This document shows, in pieces, positions 1 to 12,907 of a stretch of 64,000 bases of DNA; position 1 is the stretch's first letter, and each line of letters begins with the position of its first letter. The notes beneath the pieces were generated by a model. The model ran no database searches. It had not been told where the DNA came from and saw only the letters and a program-made list of their open reading frames with translations. The translations under genes were made by a program, and so were the position numbers. Source of the stretch: Diplonema japonicum (Eukaryota > Protista > Euglenozoa: Diplonemea); assembly GCA_964019335.1 (NCBI GenBank), contig OZ025660.1, positions 248,001 to 312,000 of the forward strand. The letters run 5' to 3'.

Positions 1-3000
1 GTCATCCAGGCGCACCCTTCTGCGGAAGCCGCCTGTGGGGTCTTTAAGAAGACCCTTCTCGAAGTAGAGCTCTTCAATCGTGTCCGCGATCTGTGGTAGT
101 GTGGTGTGGTGTGGTGTGGTGAAAACAACATACTTCGTTAGCCGAACCGAGGTGCTGGCACCACTGTAGCTTCCCCTCTTTGAGGCGCAAAGTGAACTCC
201 TCGTATTTGTTGTCGCGATATCCGTTAAAGACCTGCATCTGAGGGGGCGTGAAGAGGAGCATCTTGGTGTCACGGTCCGTTGTGTTGGGCTTGATCAGCC
301 ATTCGGTTACCTGGTGTGGCCCCCTGCTGCCGTGTGTCTCGACTGAGTGGATGAAGCCCGTCTCCATGACAAAGTCATCGCGAGAGTCCGTGACACACCA
401 GCACCCGTTGCTGCCGCTGGTGGCATACAGCCACCTGTTGCTGTACTGGTGCGCGTACATCGGCTTCCCATTGGTCATCCCGTCCTTCTTATACTTCCCA
501 GCAAGCGACATAAGCAGCTCGTTTTTCGTCGTCAACTTCACCACATCGGGGTGCTCGGGCACCTTCTCCTTCTCTCTCTGCTTCTCGCGCTCTTTCTCTT
601 TCTCTACTGCCTTTTCTCGTTCTTTTTCTTTCTCTTTTTCTTTAGATTTGTCACTCGCACCATCAGTTACTTTGAGGACTTCCACACACCCCCATGTGTA
701 CGCCTTGGCGTACCCATTCGCTTGCACCAAGGGTTTCCCATCGCTGCCTACTTCTTTCACAGTTCCCTCCTTCCACTCTTCGGAGTCGTTATCTCGCACT
801 CGCACAGCCATTCCCTCACGGTAGGCCGCCTTGGGGCCAGCTGAGGACTCAGTCACGATGATGGTTACTTCTTCGCCGTTTCTCACCCACTTGCTGAAGG
901 CCGACGGGTGCCTCTTGTTGTGCTGCTCAGCTGTGAAAATGTACCCATTGTCCTCTTTAAAGTCCTGCGTGTCGTCTGTGATCACCCAATACCCGCTCTT
1001 AGACGAGTACAAGTGCGCAGGCGGCGTTGCATCGGACATGTAGTATGGCTGATTATTCACCATTGTGCTCATGAGCGTGTACACCCCTGTCCCCATGTCC
1101 AGCCCTATGCCCCTTGTGTCGATGGTGAGATGCTGCGGGCACCACTTCATGACCCTGAGGCCCTTCTCATCCGTGGGGGGTGTGCCGTGTAGCTGCCACA
1201 TCTCAACACGGTCCGGTGCTCCACTGTAGCTTCCCTTCGAGTAGAACCACCCCTTCCCTGTTGGGAAATCATCCTTGTCGTCGGTCACCACCCAACATTC
1301 GTTGCCGGAGCTGTGGTACAGCCAAGCATTCTTATCAATGTTTTTCCACAGGGGATGTGCACCGTACTTGGATGTGGATTTGAAGGTGCCCTGCAGGGAA
1401 GTAATCTCTTTGGGGAGACCTGCGGCACAAGTGATGAACAGGTCGTAAGGTTCGACGGATGCTTTTGTTTCCGTCTTTGGCTCATATGTGGCAGGTGCTG
1501 CGGCGGCTACCTCTTCAACAGCAGGTGCGGCAGCAATTGGCGCGGAAGCAGTTACAGGTGCAGGTGCGGCCACAGGAGCGGGAACGGCAACCGGCTTCAG
1601 TTTCGGCTTTGCACCAACGGTCCCCACCTCACGGATGTCAACGGCAAGTGCATCGTAGATCCATTTCCCCTTCACAAGAACTTCAGCCACAGCACCGTTG
1701 TTGCCTGGGACTTTCTTCACTTCACCATAGTCGCCAGGTTCTATAACCTCACCGTTCGCAAGGTTTATCCTCTTGTTGAAGCCTACCATGTCGCCGATTT
1801 TAAATGCCTTCCGCACCCCTCGGTAGTACCGTGCTGGTGCGCTGAATCGCAGCTCGCCAGCACCGAATACAGGCTGCCCGTCCTCCAAGCCCTGCACGGT
1901 GCCCATCTCGCCGACGCTCACGAACCCATTCCCCACCCGCACAGGGCGTGTAAACATGACAACATCACCTTTTTGCAGCTGTTGTGTGAAAGTTATGTGG
2001 GTCTTTATGCTACACACCTCGCCTGTGATCCTTACGTCGAACTCCTCATCACTGCTATCGTAGCCCCCTATGATCTGTGGCTTCTCAGACAAGATCTTGC
2101 GCAGCTTTACATTCTCATCCTCCAATCTTTTCTGCGTTTAAAATTACAACAAGAAAGGAGAGTGAATACCCGTGCGTTCTCCGCATCAGTTCGTTCTTTC
2201 AACCTTCGGCTTTCAGCCTCGGACTCAATGCGCCTGACGAGGTCCCGCTCTTTTTGCTCCAGCTCCTGCAAGGGTTCACTGATGGTTGTGTACATACCTG
2301 TTCCCGCTTTGTGAACTCGGTGCTCTTGCCGTTTAAGAGCGTGGGGGCCTGCACGTATTTTGCAAAAGCTTTATAAGTGTCATACCAGCTGCACCTGCGT
2401 CTTCCAGTCTTTGACCTCATGGGATAGTTGATTGATGAGGGAGAGGTGCTCGGCGGCTTCCTTCCTCCTCTGATCATCTAACTCTTTTTCTTTGATATCC
2501 GACGACATCTTCAGCTGCTTGTACATCTCCATTAGTTTCGTATCAGTGGCATCGATGCGCGAGTCAATTGGCGGTCCCACACCTTGCCCCCCGTGCCGCT
2601 TTCTGGCATGCGACTGGAGGTGCACTTCCTTCTTGAAACTCCGCCCGCACTTGCCACAGCGCCACATCCCCCCGTCCATGTGCCCAAGGTTGGCACCATC
2701 TAATCCCCCCTTGCCCATGGTTAACTCGTAGGCATAGAGTGTTTTCTTCATGTGTTTTTCTTTCAGCAGGACTTCTTTAAAGTCTCTGGACTGCCTGTCA
2801 TATAGCTCCCTGAGGGCACAAGCTTCTTTGTACTGTTCCTCTGCCTGCTTTGCCATGCCTTCCTTCTCCTCTACAATAAAGGCCTGCGTGTATATGAGGT
2901 ACTGCACAAGGAGCTGCGTGAGGCTGAACAGGTGCTGCACATGGCGGGGTTGCAGCTGCGCGGCCTCGTCGCTCGTGAGCGTGGCGTAAGTGACGTTGTC

Positions 3001-6000
3001 CATGACACCCTGCAGCACGTCTACCTCCACGTCGTTCATGAGACGTGTCACATCGATGGCCGACAGGAGCTGCCAGTTGAGTCTGTTGTTTGTCAGCCGC
3101 ATCTTGAACGGGGGCGGCGGCGCCACGGGATGCGGCTGGAAATGCGGCGGTGGCACTTGCGGCACAGGAGCCTTGTTGTTAATGTCGTGGAAGTAATAAC
3201 TCTCACGAGCAGGCTTCGGCGGGCTGATGGGCGGTGGCTGCACATAAGGCTGCGCTGGGTATCTTGGAGCCCAGTGCTCTGCAAGCACCTGCGCATGGGG
3301 CATCAACGGGGGTGTAGCGAAGCCAGCTGGCATCACAGGAGACTGCGGTGGCGGAGGCATGGGAACCTGAGGTGGTGGGTTCAGCACCGGCTGCGAGTAA
3401 GAAGCCGGAAGCGGTATAGACATCTGTGGCTGGGGTTGTGGCTGCTGCACGGGGCTAGCGTTGCCCGACGTCGGTATGGCAATGGGCTCTGCATCGCCTG
3501 GGTCCATGCTGTAGATGATATCGGCTACTCGGATTTGTGCAGGCGACCCCATGTTGTCTCCGGGCACCTTCGTCACGACCCCGAAGTCCCCAGGCTGCAA
3601 CACCCTTCCGCTGCGGAAGGTGACAGGTCGCAGCATCCGTACGGTACCACCCAGCACGAACCCTTCGTCAGCCTGCCTGACTGAGGGCGACATCCCTTTC
3701 GACACAGCAGGGGGTGCCTTCTGTTTGGCCATTTCATGCAAGGCCGCTTCTTTAAGTGCTGCCTCTTTTTCTGACATCCCACCTTGTGTGCTCGACTGCC
3801 AGTTATATACCTCGCAGTAGTTGAACGTAAAGGCGTTCTGCTGTCCCTCCAGTTTGGCGAGCACAGTGTTGCCTCGCACTTCGGCAACAGTGGCGTTTTT
3901 CCAATCTTCTTTTTCAGAGTCACGCACACGCACCTTGTCGCCAGGGCCTACCTTTAAGGACGGTTGTTCTGGTGCAGGCTCGATTTGATTCCAGGTAAAG
4001 CCCTTGCTCTGCCCTTCCAGTGCGACGCTGGTCTGTGAACCGTCGACATTAGTGACAGTGCCGTTTTTCCACCCTTCGGTGTTGCTGTCCCTTACCCTCA
4101 CCTTGTCGCCAACAGAGTACTTGCTCGAAGATGCTGGAGCTGCCGTATTCCAATCGTAAGGTTCTATAATGGCCCATGTGAAGCCTTTGTTGGAGCCCTC
4201 TATCCGCACCACAGCATCACTCCCGCGTGTCTCGATCACGGTGCCGTTCTTCCATGGCTCCCTTTCGCTATCTCGGACTCGCACTTTATCACCTGACGAG
4301 TACTTGCACGTGGCAGACTTGCTAGGTTCTGAGCTGGGCTTTACATCTGCTCCTGATCCTGCTTCCACAAAGCTCCACCCAAACCCTCGTGACTGGCCAT
4401 TCAGTTTCACAATTGGTTTGTTATTTTTGATCTCCACCACTGTTCCGTTCTTCCAGTCCTCCTTCTCGGAGTCGCGAACCCTCACCGAGTCGCCTGCAGA
4501 AAACTTGCATTCAGCAGAGGGTGGTGATGGCTTGACTTCTCCTACTCCTCCTCCTCCTCCTCCGGCTAGCTCGCAGAACGCCCACGTGAAGGACCTCGTC
4601 TGGCCTTCCAACTTCACAGCTGGCTTGTTATTGCGCATTTCAGTCACAGTACCAGACTTCCAATCTTCTTTCTCACTATCACGAACACGAACTTTGTCAC
4701 CCGCCTGTATTTGACCTGAAGATGGTGGCTTGGGTTTCACATCAACATCACCGCCACCACCTCCAACAGGCTCGAAAAATGTCCATGTGAAACCTCGTGT
4801 TTGGCCATCAAGCTTTACAATGGGTTTGTCACCACGCATTTCTGTCACCGTTCCTGTCTTCCAGTCTTCTTTTTCACTGTCACGGACACGAACCTTGTCA
4901 CCTGAAGATATCTTGCTGGAACTGGGCGGAGTAGGTTTCATGTCGGAACCACCACCAGCGGGCTCACAAATGGTCCAAGTGAAGCCTCGTGTCTGACCTT
5001 CAAGCTTCACAACAGGCTTGTCACCACGCATTTCAATTACAGTGCCTGATTTCCAGTCTTCCTTTTCAGAATCACGCACGCGGACCTTGTCACCTGCAGA
5101 TATCTTCCCAGAGCTTGGTGGGGCTGGCGTGGGCTTTCCATCGCTGCCACCAGGTGCCTCTACAAACGTCCATGTGAAGCCTCGTGTCTGACCATCAAGC
5201 TTGACAACAGGTTTACCACCACGCATTTCAGTCACGGTGCCTGGCTTCCAGTCTTCTTTTTCATTGTCACGGACACGGACTCTATCTCCTGCCGCGAAGT
5301 CTCCTTTGCCTCCCTCCTTCGAAGAGGCCTCAGCTGCACTGGAGCCTCCTATCGGTTCGAACATCGTCCAAGTGAAGCCTCTCGACTGGCCTTCAAGCTT
5401 CACAACAGGCTTGTCACCACGCATTTCTGTCACCGTTCCCGTCTTCCAGTCTTCTTTCTCACTATCACGAACACGAACCTTGTCGCCAGACTGAAGACCC
5501 CCTTTGCTCGGTGGTTTGGGTTTTACATCAACATCACCGCCACCACCTCCAACAGGCTCGAAAAATGTCCATGTGAAACCTCGTGTTTGGCCATCAAGCT
5601 TTACAATGGGTTTGTCACCACGCATTTCTGTCACCGTTCCTGTCTTCCAGTCTTCTTTTTCACTGTCACGGACACGAACCTTGTCACCTGAAGATATCTT
5701 GCTGGAACTGGGCGGAGTAGGTTTCATGTCGGAACCACCACCAGCGGGCTCACAAATGGTCCAAGTGAAGCCTCGTGTCTGACCTTCAAGCTTCACAACA
5801 GGCTTGTCACCACGCATTTCAATTATAGTACCTGATTTCCAGTCTTCCTTATCAGAATCACGCACGCGGACCTTGTCACCTGCAGACATCTTCCCAGAGC
5901 TTGGTGGGGCTGGCGTGGGCTTTCCATCGCTGCCACCAGGTGCCTCTACAAACGTCCATGTGAAGCCTCGTGTCTGACCATCAAGCTTGACAACAGGTTT

Positions 6001-9000
6001 ACCACCACGCATTTCAGTCACGGTGCCTGGCTTCCAGTCTTCCTTCTCGTTGTCACGGACACGGACCTTGTCGCCAACAGATGGCTTACCACCTCCACTG
6101 CTTACTGGTTTTGCATCAGAACCGCCTCCGCCCAGAGGTTCGAATAAGGTCCAAGTGAAGCCGCGTGTTTGTCCTTCAAGTTTAACAACAGGTTTGCTGC
6201 CACGCATTTCGGTTACAGTGCCTGTCTTCCAGTCCTCTTTTTCAGTGTCACGCACGCGTACCTTATCCCCAACAGCCATAGCCCCGCTAGGTGGTGATGG
6301 TGCGACACTGGAACCGCTAGTTGGTTCCACGTAACTCCAAGTAAAGCCCCTCGTCTGACCTTCAAGTTTCACAACAGGCTTGTCACCCTTCATTTCGGTC
6401 ACGGTGCCTGTCTTCCAGTCTTCTTTTTCATTGTCACGCACGCGGACCTTGTCGCCCACCGACATGCTACCGGAATGCTTCGCTTCAACCCCACCACCTC
6501 CAGCAAGCTCGACAATCGTCCACGTGAAGCCACGGGTCTGACCTTCGAGTTTAACAACAGGTTTGTCACCACGCATTTCAGTCACGGTGCCCGTCTTCCA
6601 GTCTTCTTTTTCGGTGTCACGCACGCGTACCTTAGCTCCGACAGCCATTTGTTCTCCTGATGGCTTTTTTGCGCTACTCCCCCCTAATGGCTCGAAGAAC
6701 GTCCAAGTGAAGCCTCTCGTCTGGCCCTCGAGTTTCACAACAGGTTTATTTCCCTTCATTTCAGTCACAGTACCTGTCTTCCAGTCCTCTTTTTCGTTGT
6801 CGCGCACGCGGACCTTGTCGCCGACTGACATCTTGTCGGAGCTCTCAGCAGGCTTGGAGCCTCCACGACCAACGGGTTCGAAGAACGCCCAAGTGAAGCC
6901 TCTCGTCTGGCCTTCGAGTTTAACAATTGGCTTGTCGCCACGCATCTCAGTCACAGTTCCGGTCTTCCAATCTTCCTTTTCACTGTCACGCACGCGTACT
7001 GTGTCGCCGGGTGACATCTTATCCGAGGGTGCCGCTGAACTGCCTTTTTCGCTAGAGCCGCCCATGGGTTCGAAAAAAGTCCAAGTGAAGCCTCTCGTTT
7101 GTCCTTCAAGCTTTACAACAGGCTTGCTGCCACGCATTTCCATCACGGTGCCAGGTTTCCAGTCTTCTTTTTCATTGTCACGTACGCGAACCTTGTCGCC
7201 GACTGCCATGCCACCTGAGGTCGCAGGGGGCTTGGCGTCAGAACTACCACCTGCAAGCTCAAAGAAGGTCCAAGTGAAGCCATTTGTCTGACCTGCAAGC
7301 CTCACAACCGGCTTGTCGTTGCGCATCTCAGTCACCGTACCTGTCTTCCAGTCTTCTTTCTCGTTGTCACGTACACGCACTTTGTCGCCGACTCCAATTC
7401 TAGATGAACTAGGTTTTGCGTCAGAGCTGCCTCCAGCAAGGGGTTCGAAGAACGTCCAAGTGAAGCCTCGTGTCTGACCTTCAAGCTTCACAACAGGCTT
7501 GTCATTTCGCATATCAGTCACTGTGCCTGTTTTCCAGTCTTCTTTTTCATTGTCGCGCACGCGGATCTTGTCACCGACTGAAATCTTCCCCGATGGCTTT
7601 GCACCACCACCGCCACCACCCTCATCGAGTTCAAAGAAAGTCCAAGAAAAGCCTCTGGTTTGCCCTTCTAATTTCACAATAGGCTTGTCGCCACGCATAT
7701 CTGTCACGATTCCCGCCTTCCAGTCTTCTTTTTCATTGTCACGCACGCGGACCTTGCTCCCGACCGATATCTTCGAAGAACTGGGCGGCTTAGCGTGGGA
7801 ACTGCCCCCAGTGGCAGGCTCGAAGAAAGTCCAAGTGAAGCCTCTCGTCTGGCCTTCGAGTTTCACGACAGGCTTGCTGCCACGCATCTCGGTCACGGTA
7901 CCTGTTTTCCAATCTTCCTTTTCATTGTCACGCACGCGGACCTTGTCGCCCACCGACATGCTACCGGAACTCGCAGAGGGCTTGGCGTCAGAGCTACCAC
8001 CACCCCCAGAAGGCTCGAAGAACGTCCAAGTGAATCCACGTGTTTGTCCTTCCAGTTTCACAACGGGTTTGTCGCCTTTCATTTCGGTCACAGTACCTGT
8101 CTTCCAGTCTTCCTTTTCGTTGTCGCGCACACGGACTTTGTCGCCGACTGCCATCTTACTTGTAGCTGGCTTGGTAGTTGCGCTGCTCCCACCGCTTGCG
8201 TTCTCAAAGAAGTTCCAGGTAAAGCCTCTCGTTTGCCCTTCAAGCTTCACAACCGGCTTGTCGCCACGCATTTCGGTCACAATACCTGTTTTCCAATCTT
8301 CCTTCTCGTTATCACGGACACGTACTGTGCCGCCGACTGAGATTCTGTCAGACTGGGGCTTCTGGGCGGGTGTTCCGGTGCTTCCGCTAAGAGGTTCGCA
8401 GTATGTCCAAGTGAAGCCTCGTGTCTGACCATCGACCTTAACGACAGGCCTCCCGCTTCGCATTTCGGTGACGGTACCATTCTTCCAGTCCTCCTTGGCA
8501 TTGTCACGCACGCGCACCCTGGCATCCACAGATATATCACCTGAGCCTGAAACGGGTTTTGCCTCCGAGCCGCCGCCACTGCTCACAGGCTCAAAGAAGG
8601 TCCATGTGAAACCCCTACTTTGTCCTTCAAGCTTCACAATTGGTTTTTCACCACGCATTTCAGTTACGATGCCTGTTTTCCAGTCTTCTCTTTCATTGTC
8701 ACGTACACGAACCTTGTCGCCGACTAACAGTTTGTTAGATGGAGGAGCTTGAGGGGGCTTGGTGCCACCACCATCAGCGATTTCGAAAAAGGTCCAGGTG
8801 AAGCCTCGTGCCTGACCTTCAAGCTTCACAACAGGCTTTCCATCACGCATTTCAGTCACGGTGCCCGTTTTCCAGTCTTCTTTTTCGTGATCTCTGACAC
8901 GCACGCTACTGCCTACATCGATGGTAGGCTTCAGAGGTTTGTAGTACGTCCATGTGAACCCTCGGGACTGCCCATTGAGTTTCACCACGGGCTTGCTGCC

Positions 9001-9081
9001 TCTGAACTCTAAGATCACACCTTCTTTCCAATCCTCTTTGTCATTGTCTCGCACCTGCACCGTCTCCCCCACAGAAGTCAT
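1..9081 (-). CDS. Giant (>2900 aa) multi-exon protein: 28 tandem ~60-aa SH3/Tudor-like repeats + Pro-rich linker + DZIP1/Iguana-like N-domain and C2H2 zinc finger + coiled coil + further beta-rich repeats; runs off the window edge
   Basis: ORF 2380-9081 (repeat GDKVRVRDxEKEDWKxGTVTEMRGDKPVVKLEGQTRGFTW; RLNWQLLSAIDV...LFSLTQLLVQYLIYTQ; CGKCGRSFKKEVHLQSHARKRH) joins in frame to ORFs 2107-2295 and 74-2125 via GT-AG introns 2349-2385, 2266-2297, 2132-2169 and 91-133. AG lies immediately before ATG 9081. Confidence 0.8.
3850..9075 (-). repeat. Coding tandem array of 28 ~190-bp repeat units, including a recent higher-order duplication (period 786 bp)
   Basis: VRVRD/VQVRD motif counted 28 times; ~4730-5280 and ~5516-6066 are near identical at DNA level. 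Confidence 0.9.
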
Positions 9082-9326
9082 CTAGTATGGCTCAACACGC
9101 TTCTCCAACCCTCTTTGTTTAGTACATTCTTTTTTTGCTAAGCCTGTGCGCATTTAAAAAAAAGGGGGGTGGTGGGATAGCTGCTTCAAACACCGAAAGA
9201 ATGAAATGAAAAAGAAGAAAAAGTGGACGCATCAATGATGGTACAAACAAGTGCGGGGGCCCCCTCCCGCTGGAAAGCAGGGACAGTGGACAGAAGAGAA
9301 CAAAAAAAAAAGATAGAGGGGTACCT

Positions 9327-10084
9327 CTACTCATATATTGTGTCTAAGAGAAGGGAGAGACTCTTGTACTCCGTACCTTCGGGATCCTTTTTATTATTTT
9401 TCTTTTTTTTTTCTTGCAAACAAGCCATACCTTGTCGATGCACAGGAGGTGTAGTGCGTCTGTCAAGGTGTTGGTGTCGGTGAGGGGCTTGCGGTGGGCC
9501 CGTCGGAGTTCTTGTTGCGCTCTGTTGGGGAGTTCAAGTTTAAAAATAAAAAAAAGGATAATAATAATGCAAAACCTCTGTGTGTCCCGTAGGGATGCCT
9601 GTGACTCGAGCTTTGCTTTCTTCTCTTCATCCGTTAGCTTTGAGTTGTTTTCTGCTTTTTGCAATATGGCTGCTCTTAGAGTAGGGTTGATCAAAGTGCG
9701 CTGCAGGCCAACGGATTGAATGTTAGAGTTATTCCGTAAAAGGAAGTTGAGGCATTTGCCGCCCGACTGTGAAATTGGGTTTCCTGAAAAGTCCAAGGTG
9801 GTGATGTTGGGCCGCCCGTCAATGCAGGATAGAATCTCCCCTACAGCTGCGTTGTCAAGGAAGTTGTCTGCAAAGCTGATGCTTCGCAGTTGCGGTGCTG
9901 AGCGTATCACATCTAGAACCGGCCGCACCCCGATCTTCCCCACGAAATTCAGGCTCAAGTCCAAATTGTTCAACTCAGTCCCCTCGGTGGGGAGCTGCGA
10001 GAACAACATTGTGTTCTTTCTGCATGCGTTCGCCTCGCAGCTCGCCGCGTACACGTCTCTTAAGGAATGCTGCACCACCTCCAT
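9327..10084 (-). CDS. Leucine-rich repeat protein (RNI-like), 2 introns
   Basis: LNNLDLSLNFVG, LRSISFADNFLD, ITTLDFSGNPIS; start MEVVQ at 10084; two GT-AG introns give a C-terminus ...LLDTIYE* at 9327. Confidence 0.7.
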
Positions 10085-10301
10085 CCCCTTCCTGTAAGAA
10101 GGGTGAATCCATAAAAAAAAATGAACAAAAAAAAAAACAAAAAAAAGTAGAAAAGAGTGGGGGATGAAAGTAATTAGGAAAACAAAAAAAAAAAAAAAGC
10201 ACCATTTACAACGGGAAAAAAATCGGAGAAATAAACAAAACAAACACAAAAAACTCTATTACCACATTTATTCTTTTTATAACATCTAAATCATTTCTAT
10301 C

Positions 10302-11978
10302 CTATGTTCGGCGCCCGTAGGACCGCGTGGAGTGTCTGGCGTCATCAAGTAAGTGCCGTTCATAAAGAGGCGAGGGGGGGCGGGTTCGGGTTGGGGAGAT
10401 GTCACGGTGAATAGAAGCTGAAGACGGTCGTGTGGGAGAAGTAGGCAACTGTGGTGGTAAAGAGATCTCCAGCTCCTTCTTGCTGACCTTGGTCCGGTCC
10501 AGAACTTCCAGCTGACCATCGACTGTTATCATTCTGTCAACCACCTTGTTCAGCACCGTGTTTGTGTTGGACAACGACCGCAAGGACACCTCCAGCTGCT
10601 GGTTCACATTACTGTACTTCTGTTGCAGCCCTTCTGTCTTCCTCTCGATGTCGCCGTGTACGGCCTCCCTGTCAGCACTGATGAGGTTCGCCATGTTCCT
10701 CTCCAGTTCGCTCATTTTGCTCTCCACTATGCTTTCGAAATGCTTCTCTTTCTCTTGCATTAAGAGTTGTGTCTGTGTCGCAAGGCTTGCGACGTCTTCC
10801 TTCGTGTTGGACAGTACCATGTCCACCTCGCCCATCGCGATCTGCAGAGAATGTTCCTGCTCCTCACGAACATTGTTGAACTGGTCAGCTGTGACTCTGT
10901 TCTGCTCCGACAGCACATGCACCAACCTCTGCGTCTCGCTCACCGCGAAAGAAAGCGGTTTTATAGCCTCCTGTATCTTTTCATCTTTAAGATTTGCGAT
11001 TTCAAACGCTTCTTCTTTCACCACACGCAGCTTGCCTTCCATGTCTCGCCGGGTCTGGTCGATCATCCTCTCCAGTCGCATCTGCGCTTCGAGCGCGTTG
11101 CGTTCCCTGCGAAGCCGTAACAGCTGCCACCACGCAGCCCACCCACGGCGGAGGGTGCCTTCTCCCGAATGGCGCATGATAGTCTGTAGTGCGGATCTGC
11201 GGACGCGAGCTTTCTTAGCCTGGATGCCTTGGTTTATCTTCTGTCGTTTACGATGTTCTACGAAACGGAGGACGCGCTTCCACGATACGTGCAGCATGGC
11301 CTTCTTGTTCGAGCTGAACAGCATGTCGACAGCCATGTGGGTAGTGCGCGCCTTGATGCGTCGCTTTCTGAAGGCAAGCAGCCTGTTGAAGCACTGTGCT
11401 ACCATGCCTGTTGTGTTGCGGTGGAGGAGTTGGTCGGAGATTGCACGGCGCAGGTGCATCATGCCCTTGTGGCGGTGCCACTTGTCGTAGAAGTAGCGTC
11501 GTGTGAAGCCCTCCGTGTCCACCTGCAGCTTGAGGGATGCCGTGAGTCTTTTCTTGAAGCCTTTCCTAGTTTTGAACCAGTTCGCCCATTTATCATAGTA
11601 CTTCAGGCACAGGGTTGTCTTGCTAACGTGGAAGACCGAAGGCCACAGTGTGGTCGATTTTCTTCGCCGCTCTCGCCTCTTTACCCCGCGTAACAGGTGC
11701 CCTTTCAGCTTGTGCCAGTACACAGTACGGAGCATCATTCCGGTTTTCTCGTGCAGCATTGCGGTCTGGGTTTTGAGGAGCCCGCTCTTGGCTCTGATGG
11801 TATTGAGGTGCATCTCTTTGCAGATCGCGGCAGCGCGACTGCTCTCGCCTTCAACCTCCTTGAGCCTCACTTCTGCCTCACTCTTCCATTTCCGCAGTTC
11901 ATTTAGTTCTGTCGCTACCCATTCGAACATACCACCCATCATCTTCCCCACATCTTCTGATGCAAACGGCGGCGACAT
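10302..11978 (-). CDS. Coiled-coil protein with Sfi1-like aromatic/Trp repeats
   Basis: 558-aa ORF; periodic motifs YWHKL, YYDKW, FYDKW, CFNRL, SWKRV, GWAAW in basic helices, then a long coiled coil. Confidence 0.65.
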   Translation of the reverse strand: MSPPFASEDVGKMMGGMFEWVATELNELRKWKSEAEVRLKEVEGESSRAAAICKEMHLNTIRAKSGLLKTQTAMLHEKTGMMLRTVYWHKLKGHLLRGVKRRERRRKSTTLWPSVFHVSKTTLCLKYYDKWANWFKTRKGFKKRLTASLKLQVDTEGFTRRYFYDKWHRHKGMMHLRRAISDQLLHRNTTGMVAQCFNRLLAFRKRRIKARTTHMAVDMLFSSNKKAMLHVSWKRVLRFVEHRKRQKINQGIQAKKARVRRSALQTIMRHSGEGTLRRGWAAWWQLLRLRRERNALEAQMRLERMIDQTRRDMEGKLRVVKEEAFEIANLKDEKIQEAIKPLSFAVSETQRLVHVLSEQNRVTADQFNNVREEQEHSLQIAMGEVDMVLSNTKEDVASLATQTQLLMQEKEKHFESIVESKMSELERNMANLISADREAVHGDIERKTEGLQQKYSNVNQQLEVSLRSLSNTNTVLNKVVDRMITVDGQLEVLDRTKVSKKELEISLPPQLPTSPTRPSSASIHRDISPTRTRPPSPLYERHLLDDARHSTRSYGRRT

Positions 11979-12207
11979 TGGTCCCTGTCCCTGTCCCTGT
12001 CCCTGCCCCCTGAGCCACGGTTGTTTTCTTTATTTTTTTAGTGTGGACAATGCGGGGGGAGGGGGAGAAGATCACAGGGAAGAGAAAAAAAATACGGGGG
12101 GGAGGAGAATATGGGTAAGGGGATACCGTTGTGCACAGTTCATATTTCTTCTTTTTCTTTTCTTTTTTTAAAAAAAAACCCCCCAATTTACCCCCCCCCC
12201 CCCACCC

Positions 12208-12907
12208 TCAGCAAATAACCTTCTTCTCGACAGAGCTGATCTTCGGCGCTGCCGCGTTGTCGATGATATGGCAGTATTTCTTGCCGAAGCCGATTGCTCG
12301 GTTGTTGTCTTCAATTCCGGCGATCCCCACAGCGGGGCACACAGCTTTTCCTTTAATTCCTATTTTTTTTTTCTTTTTTTTTTTTTCCCTTTTCTTCTTC
12401 TTTTTTTCTCCCCTCTCCCATACCAGACGCTTCATCAAATGCCATCCCTTGGTACTCACCGTTGAAAAATAGCTGAAGGGTGCCGTTCTTCGTGTCAAGT
12501 AGACAACCGAACTTCCCGCCGCTGATTGGCACTACCAGCCTCCATAATCTCCTTTGTACACCTTCGGGTTTCAACCGCTCTTGTCTATCATGCTCGCATT
12601 CCCCTGTCTGTATGTACACCGCCCAGGATTTAGTGTTATATCCCATTTCTGACCCAGTGGGGCAGTCGGGTAGAGCAACACCGATTTTCAGGTTGTCAAC
12701 GCTTGCAGCGAACTCCCAGTAATGTTTCCCTGTGTTCGGTTCCATACACTGTGAAGCAAGCACAGTGTGGTACATTGATCCCGGCGCCGGCCCCGTATTG
12801 GGCTGAGGAGCGTTTTTGAAACTCAGTTTTTTACTGCTTTCATCCACTTCATACGCTGTAGAATATCGGGACCATGTAAAGCTGCAAGGAGAAGCTCCTT
12901 TAGACAT
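12208..12907 (-). CDS. SPRY (B30.2) domain protein, 1 intron
   Basis: GKHYWEF, LKIGVA, GYNTKSW, FGCLLD..GTLQLFFNGEYQGMAF; intron 12360-12423 joins to GIKGKAVCPAVGI... Confidence 0.8.

Noticed and set aside
3850-9075. CRISPR-like repeat-spacer array
   Set aside because: Repeats are ~135-nt in-frame protein domains with synonymous variation; eukaryotic context and no cas genes.
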